The position numbers were made by a program, and so were the translations under genes. DNA of 64,000 nucleotides from a virus. Under the pieces are notes generated by a model. It ran no database searches and had not been told where the DNA came from. It saw only the letters and a program-made list of their open reading frames with translations. The stretch covers positions 1 through 64,000 of IMG/VR virus record IMGVR_UViG_3300031957_002603; one strand, written 5' to 3'. Below, one piece after another: positions 45,664 to 54,814 of this stretch (position 1 is its first letter; each line of letters opens with the position of its first letter).

Positions 45664-46532
45664 TTACATTTAGTCAACTTGGTAAATACGGTAGACTTGG
45701 CAATCAACTTTTTCAATACGCTATGATCAAGTCTGTTGCTATTGAAACAGGGTATGAATTAAAAATACCAAACCCTGAGCAGATTACATTTCAGAACCAA
45801 AAGTGTTATTTAAATAAATTCAATTTAAGTTGCGATTATTTGACCGAAGAAGACATTAAGAATATACGATATAAGTTCGTAGAACCAAATCACACATCAT
45901 TTTGGCCTGAAGTATTTAGCGCAAAAGATAATACAGATTTTCATGGATTTTTTCAAAATTATAATTATTTTGCAAAACATGTTGATGCAATAAGGAACGA
46001 GTTTAAATTAAAAGAATCTATCGTTGAAGAAGCAAAGAATTATATTGAAAGCATCAAAGATGATTCTGAAATAGTTTCTATTCATGTACGTAGAGGAGAT
46101 AACTCAGATGGAACAAATCCTGAGTATGTTAATTTTTACGGACAAGGTGATGTTTTGACCGAAGATAGTGATTATGGTAAATACCTTTATCCTGCATTGG
46201 AACTATTTTCAAATAAAAATGTGAAGTTTTTAGTCTTTTCTGGAGGTAGTCGCAAAGGTGATGCACACAATCAGTCTGATATCGAGTGGTGCAAATCAAA
46301 TTTCAAACAAGATAATATCATTTTTTGTGAAGGAAATACCGATATTGTTGATTTTGAAATCATGAGACAATGTGATCATAACATTACCTGCCACATGACT
46401 TCTTTTGGTTGGTGGGCTGCTCTTTTGAACGATAATCCGGATAAGATTGTTGTAGCCCCAAAGAGTTATACTGTACCACCCGATGGTAGAGAAAGATGGG
46501 GATTCTATCCCAAAACTTGGAGACTTATATGA
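45660..46532 (+). CDS. GT11 alpha-1,2-fucosyl/colitosyltransferase
   Basis: GRLGNQLFQYA, GFFQ, SIHVRRGD, SFGWWAA. Confidence 0.9.
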   Translation: MITFSQLGKYGRLGNQLFQYAMIKSVAIETGYELKIPNPEQITFQNQKCYLNKFNLSCDYLTEEDIKNIRYKFVEPNHTSFWPEVFSAKDNTDFHGFFQNYNYFAKHVDAIRNEFKLKESIVEEAKNYIESIKDDSEIVSIHVRRGDNSDGTNPEYVNFYGQGDVLTEDSDYGKYLYPALELFSNKNVKFLVFSGGSRKGDAHNQSDIEWCKSNFKQDNIIFCEGNTDIVDFEIMRQCDHNITCHMTSFGWWAALLNDNPDKIVVAPKSYTVPPDGRERWGFYPKTWRLI

Positions 46533-47308
46533 ATTTAATAAAAGATGAGATTGTCTCTTGGATCAAGAATTATGCAGACAACAGTGGTCTTAATTGTTTG
46601 GTTGTGGGTGTATCAGGAGGAATTGATTCAGCAGTTGTATCAACTTTGTGCTCTTTGACAGGCCTTAAAACTGTAGTGATAAATATGCCAATCAATTCAA
46701 AAGACGAAAATACTAATTTGTCGAATTTGCAATGTAATTGGCTGACAAATAATTTTTCTAATGTAGAAAAGAGATACATTGAACTTAGTGATGTATACAA
46801 TTTGTTCAAGAACCAGATGACTGATCAGCAATTTGATAGCAAACTTGCTGATGCTAATTGTAAATCTAGGTTGCGAATGGTCACTTTGTACTACATAGCA
46901 GGGTCTAATAATGCTTTGGTAGTTGGGACTGGAAATAAAGTAGAGGATTTTGGTGTCGGGTTTTATACTAAATACGGCGACGGTGGTGTGGACATAAGCC
47001 CTATTGCTGATCTTACAAAAACCCAAGTTCGTAATTTGGCGGTTCATCTGGGAATCCCGAATGAGATTATTGAGGCTCCACCAACTGATGGTTTGTGGGA
47101 AGATTCTAGAACTGATGAAGAACAGATTGGCGCTTCGTATGAAGAATTAGAATGGGCCATGGAGTATTTAGCATCTGAAAAAGATGTCGATCTTTCAGCA
47201 CGAGAACAAGAAGTATTAGATATATATAATAAATTTCACAATAGTAATAAGCACAAAATGGAACCAATACCAGTTTTTAAATTATCTAGCATTGGAGAAC
47301 AGCAATGA
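46529..47308 (+). CDS. nadE: NH3-dependent NAD+ synthetase
   Basis: GVSGGIDSAV, N.KSRLRM, GTGNKVE, GFYTKYGDG, PTDGLW...TDE. Confidence 0.93.
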   Translation: MNLIKDEIVSWIKNYADNSGLNCLVVGVSGGIDSAVVSTLCSLTGLKTVVINMPINSKDENTNLSNLQCNWLTNNFSNVEKRYIELSDVYNLFKNQMTDQQFDSKLADANCKSRLRMVTLYYIAGSNNALVVGTGNKVEDFGVGFYTKYGDGGVDISPIADLTKTQVRNLAVHLGIPNEIIEAPPTDGLWEDSRTDEEQIGASYEELEWAMEYLASEKDVDLSAREQEVLDIYNKFHNSNKHKMEPIPVFKLSSIGEQQ

Positions 47309-48405
47309 ATAATATTTCTGTAATTGGAATTGGCAAACTTGGTCTGTGTTTTGCGTTAACACTTGAGCGCGCCGGTTATAATGTCGTAGGACTTGATATT
47401 AATCAAAATTATGTTGATTCAATAAATAATAAGACACTTAAAAGTCCAGAGCAAAATGTAGAAAATTACTTAGCCAAATCTGTCAATTTTAAGGCAACTA
47501 CTGACTTAAAAGAAACTGTTGATCATTCTGATCTTATTTTTGTCGTTGTTGCGACCCCATCATTACAAAATGGAAGATATGATCATACACAAGTTGAGTC
47601 TGTAATAGAAAACATTAAGAAACTTGGTGTACAAAACAACAAGCATTTTGTTGTTTGCTGTACTACTATGCCAACGTATTGTGATACTGTACAGGAAGCG
47701 CTTAAAGATTACGGTTACATTGTAACATACAATCCTGAGTTTATCGCACAGGGAACAATTTTAAGAGACCAGTTAAGCCCAGATATGGTTCTAATTGGCG
47801 AAGGCAATAAAGAAGCAGGAGATCTGCTAGAAGAGGCGTATATTAGAATGACTAATAGTAATCCTAGGATTTGCAGAATGTCTCGGACAGAAGCGGAAAT
47901 ATGTAAAATTTCTTTGAATTGTTTTCTAACTACAAAGATTTCTTTTGCTAATATGATTGGCGATATTGCTGCTGCTAATGATTTGCCTGCACACAATATA
48001 CTTCATGCCATTGGATCTGATTCGCGGGTAGGGCTAAAATATATTAATTATGGTTTTGGATATGGTGGCCCATGCTTTCCAAGAGATAATAGGGCCCTTG
48101 CAATTTTTGCAAATGATGTTGGTAGACCTGCACCTATTAGTGTTGCAACTGACAATATGAATAAAATACATTTGGATTTTCAAGTAGAACAATTTGTTAA
48201 AAATAATTCTATTGATGAAGATGTCATAATTGAAACTGTTACTTATAAGCCCGGCACTGTAATACTTGAAGAATCACAACAATTAGCCTTCGCTGTTGCC
48301 ATAGCAAAAAAAGGCTTCAATGTTGTAATTCGTGAGACAAAACCAGTAATAGATCAATTGCGCTTTGATTATGATGATCTCTTTATGTATGAGGTTAGAG
48401 ACTAA
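47305..48405 (+). CDS. UDP-glucose/GDP-mannose dehydrogenase family protein
   Basis: IGIGKLG, VATPS, YNPEF, K...N, GYGGPCFPRD, YKP. Confidence 0.88.
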   Translation: MNNISVIGIGKLGLCFALTLERAGYNVVGLDINQNYVDSINNKTLKSPEQNVENYLAKSVNFKATTDLKETVDHSDLIFVVVATPSLQNGRYDHTQVESVIENIKKLGVQNNKHFVVCCTTMPTYCDTVQEALKDYGYIVTYNPEFIAQGTILRDQLSPDMVLIGEGNKEAGDLLEEAYIRMTNSNPRICRMSRTEAEICKISLNCFLTTKISFANMIGDIAAANDLPAHNILHAIGSDSRVGLKYINYGFGYGGPCFPRDNRALAIFANDVGRPAPISVATDNMNKIHLDFQVEQFVKNNSIDEDVIIETVTYKPGTVILEESQQLAFAVAIAKKGFNVVIRETKPVIDQLRFDYDDLFMYEVRD

Positions 48406-49319
48406 TGACTGTACTAGTGACTGGTGGATCTGGAATGGTAGGCAGACATTTACAAGATATCGCCCCGGATTATATTTATTTATCAAGCGCTGATTGTGAT
48501 TTAACATCTTACAAAGAAGTTGATCTATTGATGAAAAAATATCAACCAACAGCAGTTATTCATTTGGCTGCTAAAGTTGGCGGTATTTTGCAAAACATGA
48601 AGTTTCCTGCTGATTTTTATGATCTTAATATAGCAATGAACACAAATGTTTTAAAGGCTGCGAGAGATAATAAAATAAATAAATTTCTTTCAATTTTGTC
48701 AACCTGTATGTATCCAAATGTTGTAGAAACTTACCCTTTAACCGAAGAAGATGTTCATAAAGGTCCACCTGCTCAAGCAAATTTTAGTTATGCATATACT
48801 AAGAGATGTATGGCAGTACAAATTGAGGCTTATAATCAGCAGTTAGGCTGTGATTACAATTATCTAATTCCATGTAACCTATATGGAGAGTATGATAATT
48901 TTGATGATTCTAATAAAATGCATTTTGTCACTGCCTTGATAAATAAAATCATTACAGCAGAAAATAATAATGAAAAAAGTATTACGCTATTCGGCTCAGG
49001 TACACCATTAAGGCAATTTATGTATTCTGGGGACCTAGCCAAAGTAATAAAATTGGTCATGGATAATGATATTAAAGAGTCATTTAATGTTGCACCAACA
49101 AATCAAAATTATTCCATTGATCAAATGGCACGTATGACACTTGATGCGTTAAACAAAAAAGATTGGACCATTGAGTATGATAGCACAAAACCTGATGGGC
49201 AGTTCAGGAAAGATGTAAGTAACTTAAAAATGCTTAATAATATCGCTGATTTTAAATTCACTGAATTTTCAGATGGCGTAGTGAAGGTTTATAACAAAAT
49301 TAAAGAGAGAGGTGTTTAA
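48405..49319 (+). CDS. fcl: GDP-L-fucose synthase / ColC-like reductase
   Basis: TGGSGMVG, HLAAKVGGI, STCMYP, YAYTKR, PCNLYG, GSGTPLRQF, KPDG. Confidence 0.88.
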   Translation: MTVLVTGGSGMVGRHLQDIAPDYIYLSSADCDLTSYKEVDLLMKKYQPTAVIHLAAKVGGILQNMKFPADFYDLNIAMNTNVLKAARDNKINKFLSILSTCMYPNVVETYPLTEEDVHKGPPAQANFSYAYTKRCMAVQIEAYNQQLGCDYNYLIPCNLYGEYDNFDDSNKMHFVTALINKIITAENNNEKSITLFGSGTPLRQFMYSGDLAKVIKLVMDNDIKESFNVAPTNQNYSIDQMARMTLDALNKKDWTIEYDSTKPDGQFRKDVSNLKMLNNIADFKFTEFSDGVVKVYNKIKERGV

Positions 49320-50482
49320 TGTTTTGGCCACTTATGAAAGACTGTATTACAGAAAAAGATAAAAAAAGAATGGTTGATTTTATCATGAATACCAATCGTT
49401 TTACAAATGGCCCTCAAGTGAAGGAATTTGAAAGACAATGGAGTGATTGGTTAGGTTGCAAATATTCTTTGTTTGTTTCTTCTGGATCGACAGCGAATCT
49501 ACTTTTAGTTTCAGCAATTAAAGAGAAATATGGTTTAAAAGATGGTGATAAAGTTTTAGTCCCAGCAATGACTTGGGTTACCAATATTTCTCCAATTATT
49601 CAACTAGGAATGCAGCCTATTTTTTGCGATGTTGATAAAAGTAATTTTGGATTTGATCTTAAACACTTAAAGTATTTAAAAGAAAAACATCCGGATATTA
49701 AGATGGCTTTTATTACTCATTTGTTTGGTATCGCAGCCGATATGGATGAATATAGAAAAATATTTCCTGACATTATTTACATAGAAGATGTTTGTGAATC
49801 ACATGGTGCCAAATATAAAGGTAAAACAACTGGAACACTATCAGAGGGTTCTACATTTAGTTTTTATTTTGGTCATCATATGACAACTGTAGAGGGTGGA
49901 TTCGTTTGTACTGACGATCTTGAACTATACAATATATTGAAAATGAAAAGAAGCCATGGAATGGCAAGAGAATCATTGCCTGAAAAATACGAAGAGTATA
50001 AAAAAACATACCCAGATATTCATCCACAATTCTTGTTCATTACTGATGGGTTTAATTTTAGAAGCATGGAACTTAATGCTGTTTTAGGTCAATCTCAATT
50101 AGAAGGGCTCGATGATGCAATTAACAGAAGACAAGAAGTTTATGATCGCTTTCTTAAAATGATTGGTAAATATGATTCATTTCATATTCCGAGTTCAGAT
50201 GGTAATAGTAGTTTTTGTCTTCCGTTCATTTGTAAGACAAAAGAACAAAAAGATTTGTTGGAATCATTTCTAAATGTAAGAGATGTTGAAACTAGACCGC
50301 TATGTAGTGGTAATCTATTAAAGCAACCATTTTTGAAAAATTATTCAATTGAAATTGAATGGCTTCCAAATGTGGATTTTCTTCACAATAATGGATTTTT
50401 TATTGGCAACAATCACCTGATTACTGATGAAGAACTTGATGTTTTAGAAGGATTTATAGATGAGTTTTCAAAAATACTATAA
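49319..50482 (+). CDS. ColD-like PLP-dependent GDP-4-keto-6-deoxymannose 3-dehydratase (DegT fold)
   Basis: SSGSTAN, EDVCESHGA, SFYFGHHMTTVEGG (His where aminotransferases have Lys), RSHG, ETRP. Confidence 0.75.
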   Translation: MFWPLMKDCITEKDKKRMVDFIMNTNRFTNGPQVKEFERQWSDWLGCKYSLFVSSGSTANLLLVSAIKEKYGLKDGDKVLVPAMTWVTNISPIIQLGMQPIFCDVDKSNFGFDLKHLKYLKEKHPDIKMAFITHLFGIAADMDEYRKIFPDIIYIEDVCESHGAKYKGKTTGTLSEGSTFSFYFGHHMTTVEGGFVCTDDLELYNILKMKRSHGMARESLPEKYEEYKKTYPDIHPQFLFITDGFNFRSMELNAVLGQSQLEGLDDAINRRQEVYDRFLKMIGKYDSFHIPSSDGNSSFCLPFICKTKEQKDLLESFLNVRDVETRPLCSGNLLKQPFLKNYSIEIEWLPNVDFLHNNGFFIGNNHLITDEELDVLEGFIDEFSKIL

Positions 50483-50747
50483 GCACTACTTAACATTACA
50501 TCAAAATCTTTGGTGTCGTAGGTTGCATGTCCTAGGACAAATAGCGACAATAATATATATAATTGCTGCTGTAAAAATTAATTTATGGTTATTATTGGGC
50601 TTTCCTTTTGTTGTGTACCCGTTTGCTTGGTCAGGGCACTACTTTTTTGAAAAAAATGAACCAGCAGCATTTAGTGACCCAATAAAAGCAAAGTTAAGCG
50701 ATTGGGTTATGTTTTATCAATGGATTAAAGGAGATATAGAAAGATGA
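50460..50747 (+). CDS. DUF962/Mpo1-like membrane protein
   Basis: YLTLH....RRLH..G, FAWSGHYFFEKNEPA. Confidence 0.8.
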   Translation: MSFQKYYKHYLTLHQNLWCRRLHVLGQIATIIYIIAAVKINLWLLLGFPFVVYPFAWSGHYFFEKNEPAAFSDPIKAKLSDWVMFYQWIKGDIER

Positions 50748-51679
50748 AAATTTTAGTTACAGGTGGCGCAGGCTTTATCGGTACCACATTAATTCCAAAA
50801 TTATTAGAAGAAGGGCATGAAGTTACTGTTTTTGATATTCTGCTTCATGGCGGCAATCCTATTATTCCTTTCTTTAAGAATAAAAATTTTAGTTTTATTA
50901 AGGGCGATATTCGAGATCAAGAAGCCCTAGAACAAGCAGTTAAAGGAAAGGATGTTATTATTCACCTAGCGGCCATTGTTGGCTTTCCGGCGTGCAGACT
51001 TAACCCTCAAGCAGCGAAAGATATCAATGTTCAGGGAACAATTAACCTTATTAATGCATGTACGGATGATCAGATAATCCTTTATGGATCAACAGGAAGT
51101 AATTATGGAACTGTCAAAGACATATGCACTGAAGAAAGTCCGCTTAATCCACTTAGCCTTTATGGTGAAACAAAAACAGAGGCAGAAAGAATTTTGCTAG
51201 AAAGAGGCAATGTGGTTGCTTATCGATTTGCTACTGCATTTGGCACTTCTCCAAGAATGAGAATGGATTTGCTAGTCAACGATTTTTCTAATAAATGTGT
51301 AAAAGATGGTTATATTGTTGTGTATGAAAAGCATTTTATGAGAACTTTTATACATGTATCTGACATTGCAGATTCATTTGTATTTGCAATCAATAATATT
51401 GATAAGATGGTTAACAATGTGTATAATGTTGGTCACGAATCAATGAATCATAGTAAACAAGAAGTTTGCCAAATGATTGTTGATAAAACGGGTGCATTCG
51501 TTCATTTTGAGGAAATTGGAGAGGATGCCGATAAAAGAAACTATATTGTTAGTTACGACAAAATTGGTAAACTCGGTTTTAAAACTAAGATTACCCTAGA
51601 AGAGGGTGTTAATGAGATTGTTGAAGTTCTTAAAATTATGGATTTTCAAAAAGATTATACAAATGCAAAATATATTTAG
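50744..51679 (+). CDS. NAD-dependent epimerase/dehydratase
   Basis: TGGAGFIG, HLAAIVG, YGETK, RFATAFG.SPRMR.DL. Confidence 0.9.
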   Translation: MKILVTGGAGFIGTTLIPKLLEEGHEVTVFDILLHGGNPIIPFFKNKNFSFIKGDIRDQEALEQAVKGKDVIIHLAAIVGFPACRLNPQAAKDINVQGTINLINACTDDQIILYGSTGSNYGTVKDICTEESPLNPLSLYGETKTEAERILLERGNVVAYRFATAFGTSPRMRMDLLVNDFSNKCVKDGYIVVYEKHFMRTFIHVSDIADSFVFAINNIDKMVNNVYNVGHESMNHSKQEVCQMIVDKTGAFVHFEEIGEDADKRNYIVSYDKIGKLGFKTKITLEEGVNEIVEVLKIMDFQKDYTNAKYI

Positions 51680-51688
51680 GATGAATAA

Positions 51689-52639
51689 ATGAAATTAGTT
51701 GTTATTACAGGATGCCTTGGCCTCATTGGCTCATATGTAACCCGCAAATGTCTTCAAAAAGGTTGGAGAGTCTACGGAATCGATAAATGCACATATGCAG
51801 CCAACATGGATTCTTATTATGAATTTTGTGAATATGAAAACTTTGATTTTCTCGAGGAAGATATTGCAAATGTTTCTTATTTGCCTGATTGTGATTATAT
51901 AATCAACATCGCTGCTGAATCTCACGTCGGCAACAGTATTATCGAATCAGAAGATTTTATTCATTCAAATGTCGTAGGTGTTAAAAATCTATTAGACCTA
52001 ATACGCAAGAAGCCAAAGAATGTTGACAATCAGCCTATTTTCTTCCACTTCAGCACAGATGAAGTTTATGGCGATATCGTAGAAGGCGAACACATTGAGA
52101 CCGATATTTTAAAACCTTCTAACCCTTATTCTGCGTCAAAAGCCGCCGCTGATATGTTTATTCTTGCTTGGGCTAGAACTTATGACATGAAATACATTAT
52201 TCTGCGACCAACTAACAATTATGGCAAAGGCCAATACCCAGAAAAATTGATTCCTATTTCTGTCAAGATGCTTCAGCGTGGAAAGAAAATTAGACTTCAT
52301 GATGAAGGGGAACCTGTAAGAAACTGGCTTCACTCTGATGACACAGCAGAGGCTGTTATCTCGATCATTCAGTCGGGTACTTATAATGAAATTTACAATG
52401 TTGCCGGTGGTTTTGAACAGAAAAATAAAGAAACAGTCAGAAAGATTATTGAGAACTTTTTCGAAGATGGACGTAATTATCTGGACTATGTTGATCTGGG
52501 TTACAAAAGAGTCGGTCAAGATGTCAGATATGCTCTTAATGATGATAAACTTAGAGCACTTGGCTGGGAGCCAAAAAAGAATTTTGATGAGGAAATTGCA
52601 AAACTTGTAAAACATTACAAGAATAATTTCAGATGGTAG
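51689..52639 (+). CDS. rfbB: dTDP-glucose 4,6-dehydratase-like protein
   Basis: AAESHV, STDEVYG, PSNPYSASKA, NNYG..QYPEKLIP, D.RYA. Confidence 0.88.
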   Translation: MKLVVITGCLGLIGSYVTRKCLQKGWRVYGIDKCTYAANMDSYYEFCEYENFDFLEEDIANVSYLPDCDYIINIAAESHVGNSIIESEDFIHSNVVGVKNLLDLIRKKPKNVDNQPIFFHFSTDEVYGDIVEGEHIETDILKPSNPYSASKAAADMFILAWARTYDMKYIILRPTNNYGKGQYPEKLIPISVKMLQRGKKIRLHDEGEPVRNWLHSDDTAEAVISIIQSGTYNEIYNVAGGFEQKNKETVRKIIENFFEDGRNYLDYVDLGYKRVGQDVRYALNDDKLRALGWEPKKNFDEEIAKLVKHYKNNFRW

Positions 52640-52640
52640 A

Positions 52641-52877
52641 ATGACAGAATTTGAATTTACGGTTGAGAAAAACAAAGAATTAAGAAACTGGTTGGTAGAA
52701 TTAGAGAAAAAATGCAAAGAGTTAATAAAGAAAATTGACAACGAAGGATTAGGCATTCATCATAATGTAAATTCAGACATTTTTGAAATGAGCACAAGAA
52801 TCTATAAAATATCAGCAGTTTTGGGAATGATCAAAACATTCAATTTAGAATTAGACAAATTAGATGATAATGAGTAA
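52641..52877 (+). CDS. Small hypothetical protein
   Basis: ORF 78 aa abutting neighbours. Confidence 0.6.
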   Translation: MTEFEFTVEKNKELRNWLVELEKKCKELIKKIDNEGLGIHHNVNSDIFEMSTRIYKISAVLGMIKTFNLELDKLDDNE

Positions 52878-53053
52878 TGTACAAAAAAGGACAACTAGTT
52901 CAAATCACGTTCTTATACAGAGAATCGATTGGAGTTTATTTAGGATTTATAACGGTGAATGGAATTGTTCTTAACAGAGTCTACAATTTAAAAAGAAAGA
53001 TGGTCACGTTCTATACATGTGACGAAATTAAACCAATAGGAAGTGAAGAATGA
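52877..53053 (+). CDS. 58 aa SH3-like hypothetical protein (not in ORF track)
   Basis: MYKKGQLVQI...IGVYLG; TAATG and ATGA overlaps with both neighbours. Confidence 0.6.
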   Translation: MYKKGQLVQITFLYRESIGVYLGFITVNGIVLNRVYNLKRKMVTFYTCDEIKPIGSEE

Positions 53054-53247
53054 ATTACACTCTATCAAGCCAAGCCATCGGCGCTCTAATGATGGCACTG
53101 CAAAAGTCTCTCCTCGAGCAATCGGATATCGTTCCGGTTCTTCAAGGTTTTGAGATCCAAGTTGATGACACAAATCAACTCGTCGTAATGAATCCTCCGG
53201 TTGTTAAGATGCCGGAAGGCGAAACTATCGAGACATCTGTCCAATAA
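53050..53247 (+). CDS. Small hypothetical protein
   Basis: ORF 65 aa, translationally coupled. Confidence 0.7.
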   Translation: MNYTLSSQAIGALMMALQKSLLEQSDIVPVLQGFEIQVDDTNQLVVMNPPVVKMPEGETIETSVQ

Positions 53248-53498
53248 TGCCTCGTTATTATTATCATTGCGATGCCTGCGGAGGCGAATTTGAGGTCCGT
53301 CATGGAATGTCTGAGATACAAGATGAGTGTCTCGAATGCTCTAGTGCTGGGCCTCTTGTTCGTATTCCGCAATTGATTCAAAAACCAGAACAACGAAAAG
53401 ATTCTTCAAATGCAAGATCAAGAGTCGTTGATGCAATTGAAGAGAATAGGCAACTATTAAAGAAAATGAAGAAGGTAAGAATAGATGACCCTAGTTAA
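53247..53498 (+). CDS. FmdB-like zinc-ribbon protein
   Basis: MPRYYYHCDACG..FE...CLEC. Confidence 0.8.
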   Translation: MPRYYYHCDACGGEFEVRHGMSEIQDECLECSSAGPLVRIPQLIQKPEQRKDSSNARSRVVDAIEENRQLLKKMKKVRIDDPS

Positions 53499-53880
53499 TT
53501 GGCTTATTATTGCTTTATTTTTATCGATTATAGGCAACTTTTTGGCTTTGTGGTACATAAGTAGACTACTCGCTAAGGTATTGTTTGTATCTCAAAATCT
53601 TACCGATTTAGTGGATCTTTTGACCACATATCGCAATCACTTGCAACGCTTGTTTAATCTCGAGATGTATTACGGAGATGAGACAATGCAGTTTTTAATC
53701 AAACATACAAAATCATTGCTAGATGTACTGGAGGACTATAGCGATATTTATTTAATGACCGAACCCATTGAGGTCGGTGAAGAGGATGAAGAGTCTTATG
53801 ACGACGAAGAAGAGACGGGGCCGCAGGCGGTCAACGAAGAGAATGTATTTTACGGAGGTACACGAGGCGGCAATAGTTGA
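53485..53880 (+). CDS. Membrane-anchored hypothetical protein with acidic tail
   Basis: N-terminal TM helix; EMYYGDETM. Confidence 0.7.
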   Translation: MTLVNWLIIALFLSIIGNFLALWYISRLLAKVLFVSQNLTDLVDLLTTYRNHLQRLFNLEMYYGDETMQFLIKHTKSLLDVLEDYSDIYLMTEPIEVGEEDEESYDDEEETGPQAVNEENVFYGGTRGGNS

Positions 53881-54502
53881 ATATTGCTCTAGCAATTGTA
53901 ACGAAAGAAAATCAGAACTCTACGTTAGTTTTATTCAACCAACATTTAACGAGATGGTAGATAAGATTGTTTATTCATATCATTTTACCTCGCTTGCTAA
54001 CATCGATGATTTAAGAGCAGAATGCAAAGCGTGGCTTGTTACCATCTTAGATAAGTTTGATCCAAACAAAGGATCCAAAGCATTTTCGTACTTTAGTGTG
54101 GTAACCAAGAATTGGTTTATTCACAAAGTAAAGAAGCAAACCAAAAGATGTCAGCGAGAGATCGAGTATGACCTTGTGGCAAAAGAAGTCTACGAGCAAG
54201 AAGTTCAGCCAGAGTCGAACTATCTTTCAAAGCGAGAGAAAGAAGATTTTTGGAGAAAACTGTGGGAAGAGATTGAAGCATGGGGTACGGATGACATGCG
54301 AGATAATGAGAAGAAAGTCTACGAGGCTATAAAGATTGTTTTGTCTTCCGCAGATGAAATTGACATTTTAAATAAAAAAGCAGTGTACCTCTATTTAAGA
54401 GAACTCACGGGCTTGAATACAAAGCAGATCGTAACTCAGTTGAACAAGATGCGAGAAAAGTACAGAGACTTCAGAGTCGACTGGGATAACGGTAAAATTT
54501 AA
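53798..54502 (+). CDS. Phage RNA polymerase sigma factor (T4 gp55-like, late transcription)
   Basis: YFT, DDL..E, KFDPNKGSKAFSYFSVVTKNWFI (sigma region 2-like); start uncertain. Confidence 0.75.
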   Translation: MTTKKRRGRRRSTKRMYFTEVHEAAIVEYCSSNCNERKSELYVSFIQPTFNEMVDKIVYSYHFTSLANIDDLRAECKAWLVTILDKFDPNKGSKAFSYFSVVTKNWFIHKVKKQTKRCQREIEYDLVAKEVYEQEVQPESNYLSKREKEDFWRKLWEEIEAWGTDDMRDNEKKVYEAIKIVLSSADEIDILNKKAVYLYLRELTGLNTKQIVTQLNKMREKYRDFRVDWDNGKI

Positions 54503-54520
54503 AATAAAACTAATTAGGTT

Positions 54521-54814
54521 ATGAGTAAAAAACTTGAAAAATGCATCGATGATGCCCTAAAAAACATTGAAGAAGATCGAAAAGTAACAAAAGAACTTCT
54601 TAATGATGCAATCAAATATGTTGCTGTTGATGAGGCAAGACATAGAGAAGTTGGCATTATTATGTCAAAATATGTTGAGACCCTTCAACGCTCCAACGAA
54701 CAATTGGTTAAAATAGCGGGCCTTATGTCTAAGAATGAAAAGGCTCAGGCTGGACTGACCGATGATGATAAAAAAGATTTATTTGATTTGATCTCCGGCA
54801 AAGACGATGAGTAA
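54521..54814 (+). CDS. Coiled-coil hypothetical protein
   Basis: ORF 97 aa; CTAATTA 4 nt upstream. Confidence 0.7.
   Translation: MSKKLEKCIDDALKNIEEDRKVTKELLNDAIKYVAVDEARHREVGIIMSKYVETLQRSNEQLVKIAGLMSKNEKAQAGLTDDDKKDLFDLISGKDDE

Noticed and set aside
32937-52639. Bacterial chromosomal O-antigen locus (window being host DNA)
   Set aside because: Contiguous with phage-type genes, shares their promoter style, and lacks export/polymerase genes
52136-52756. 206 aa minus-strand ORF
   Set aside because: Antisense to the well-conserved dehydratase
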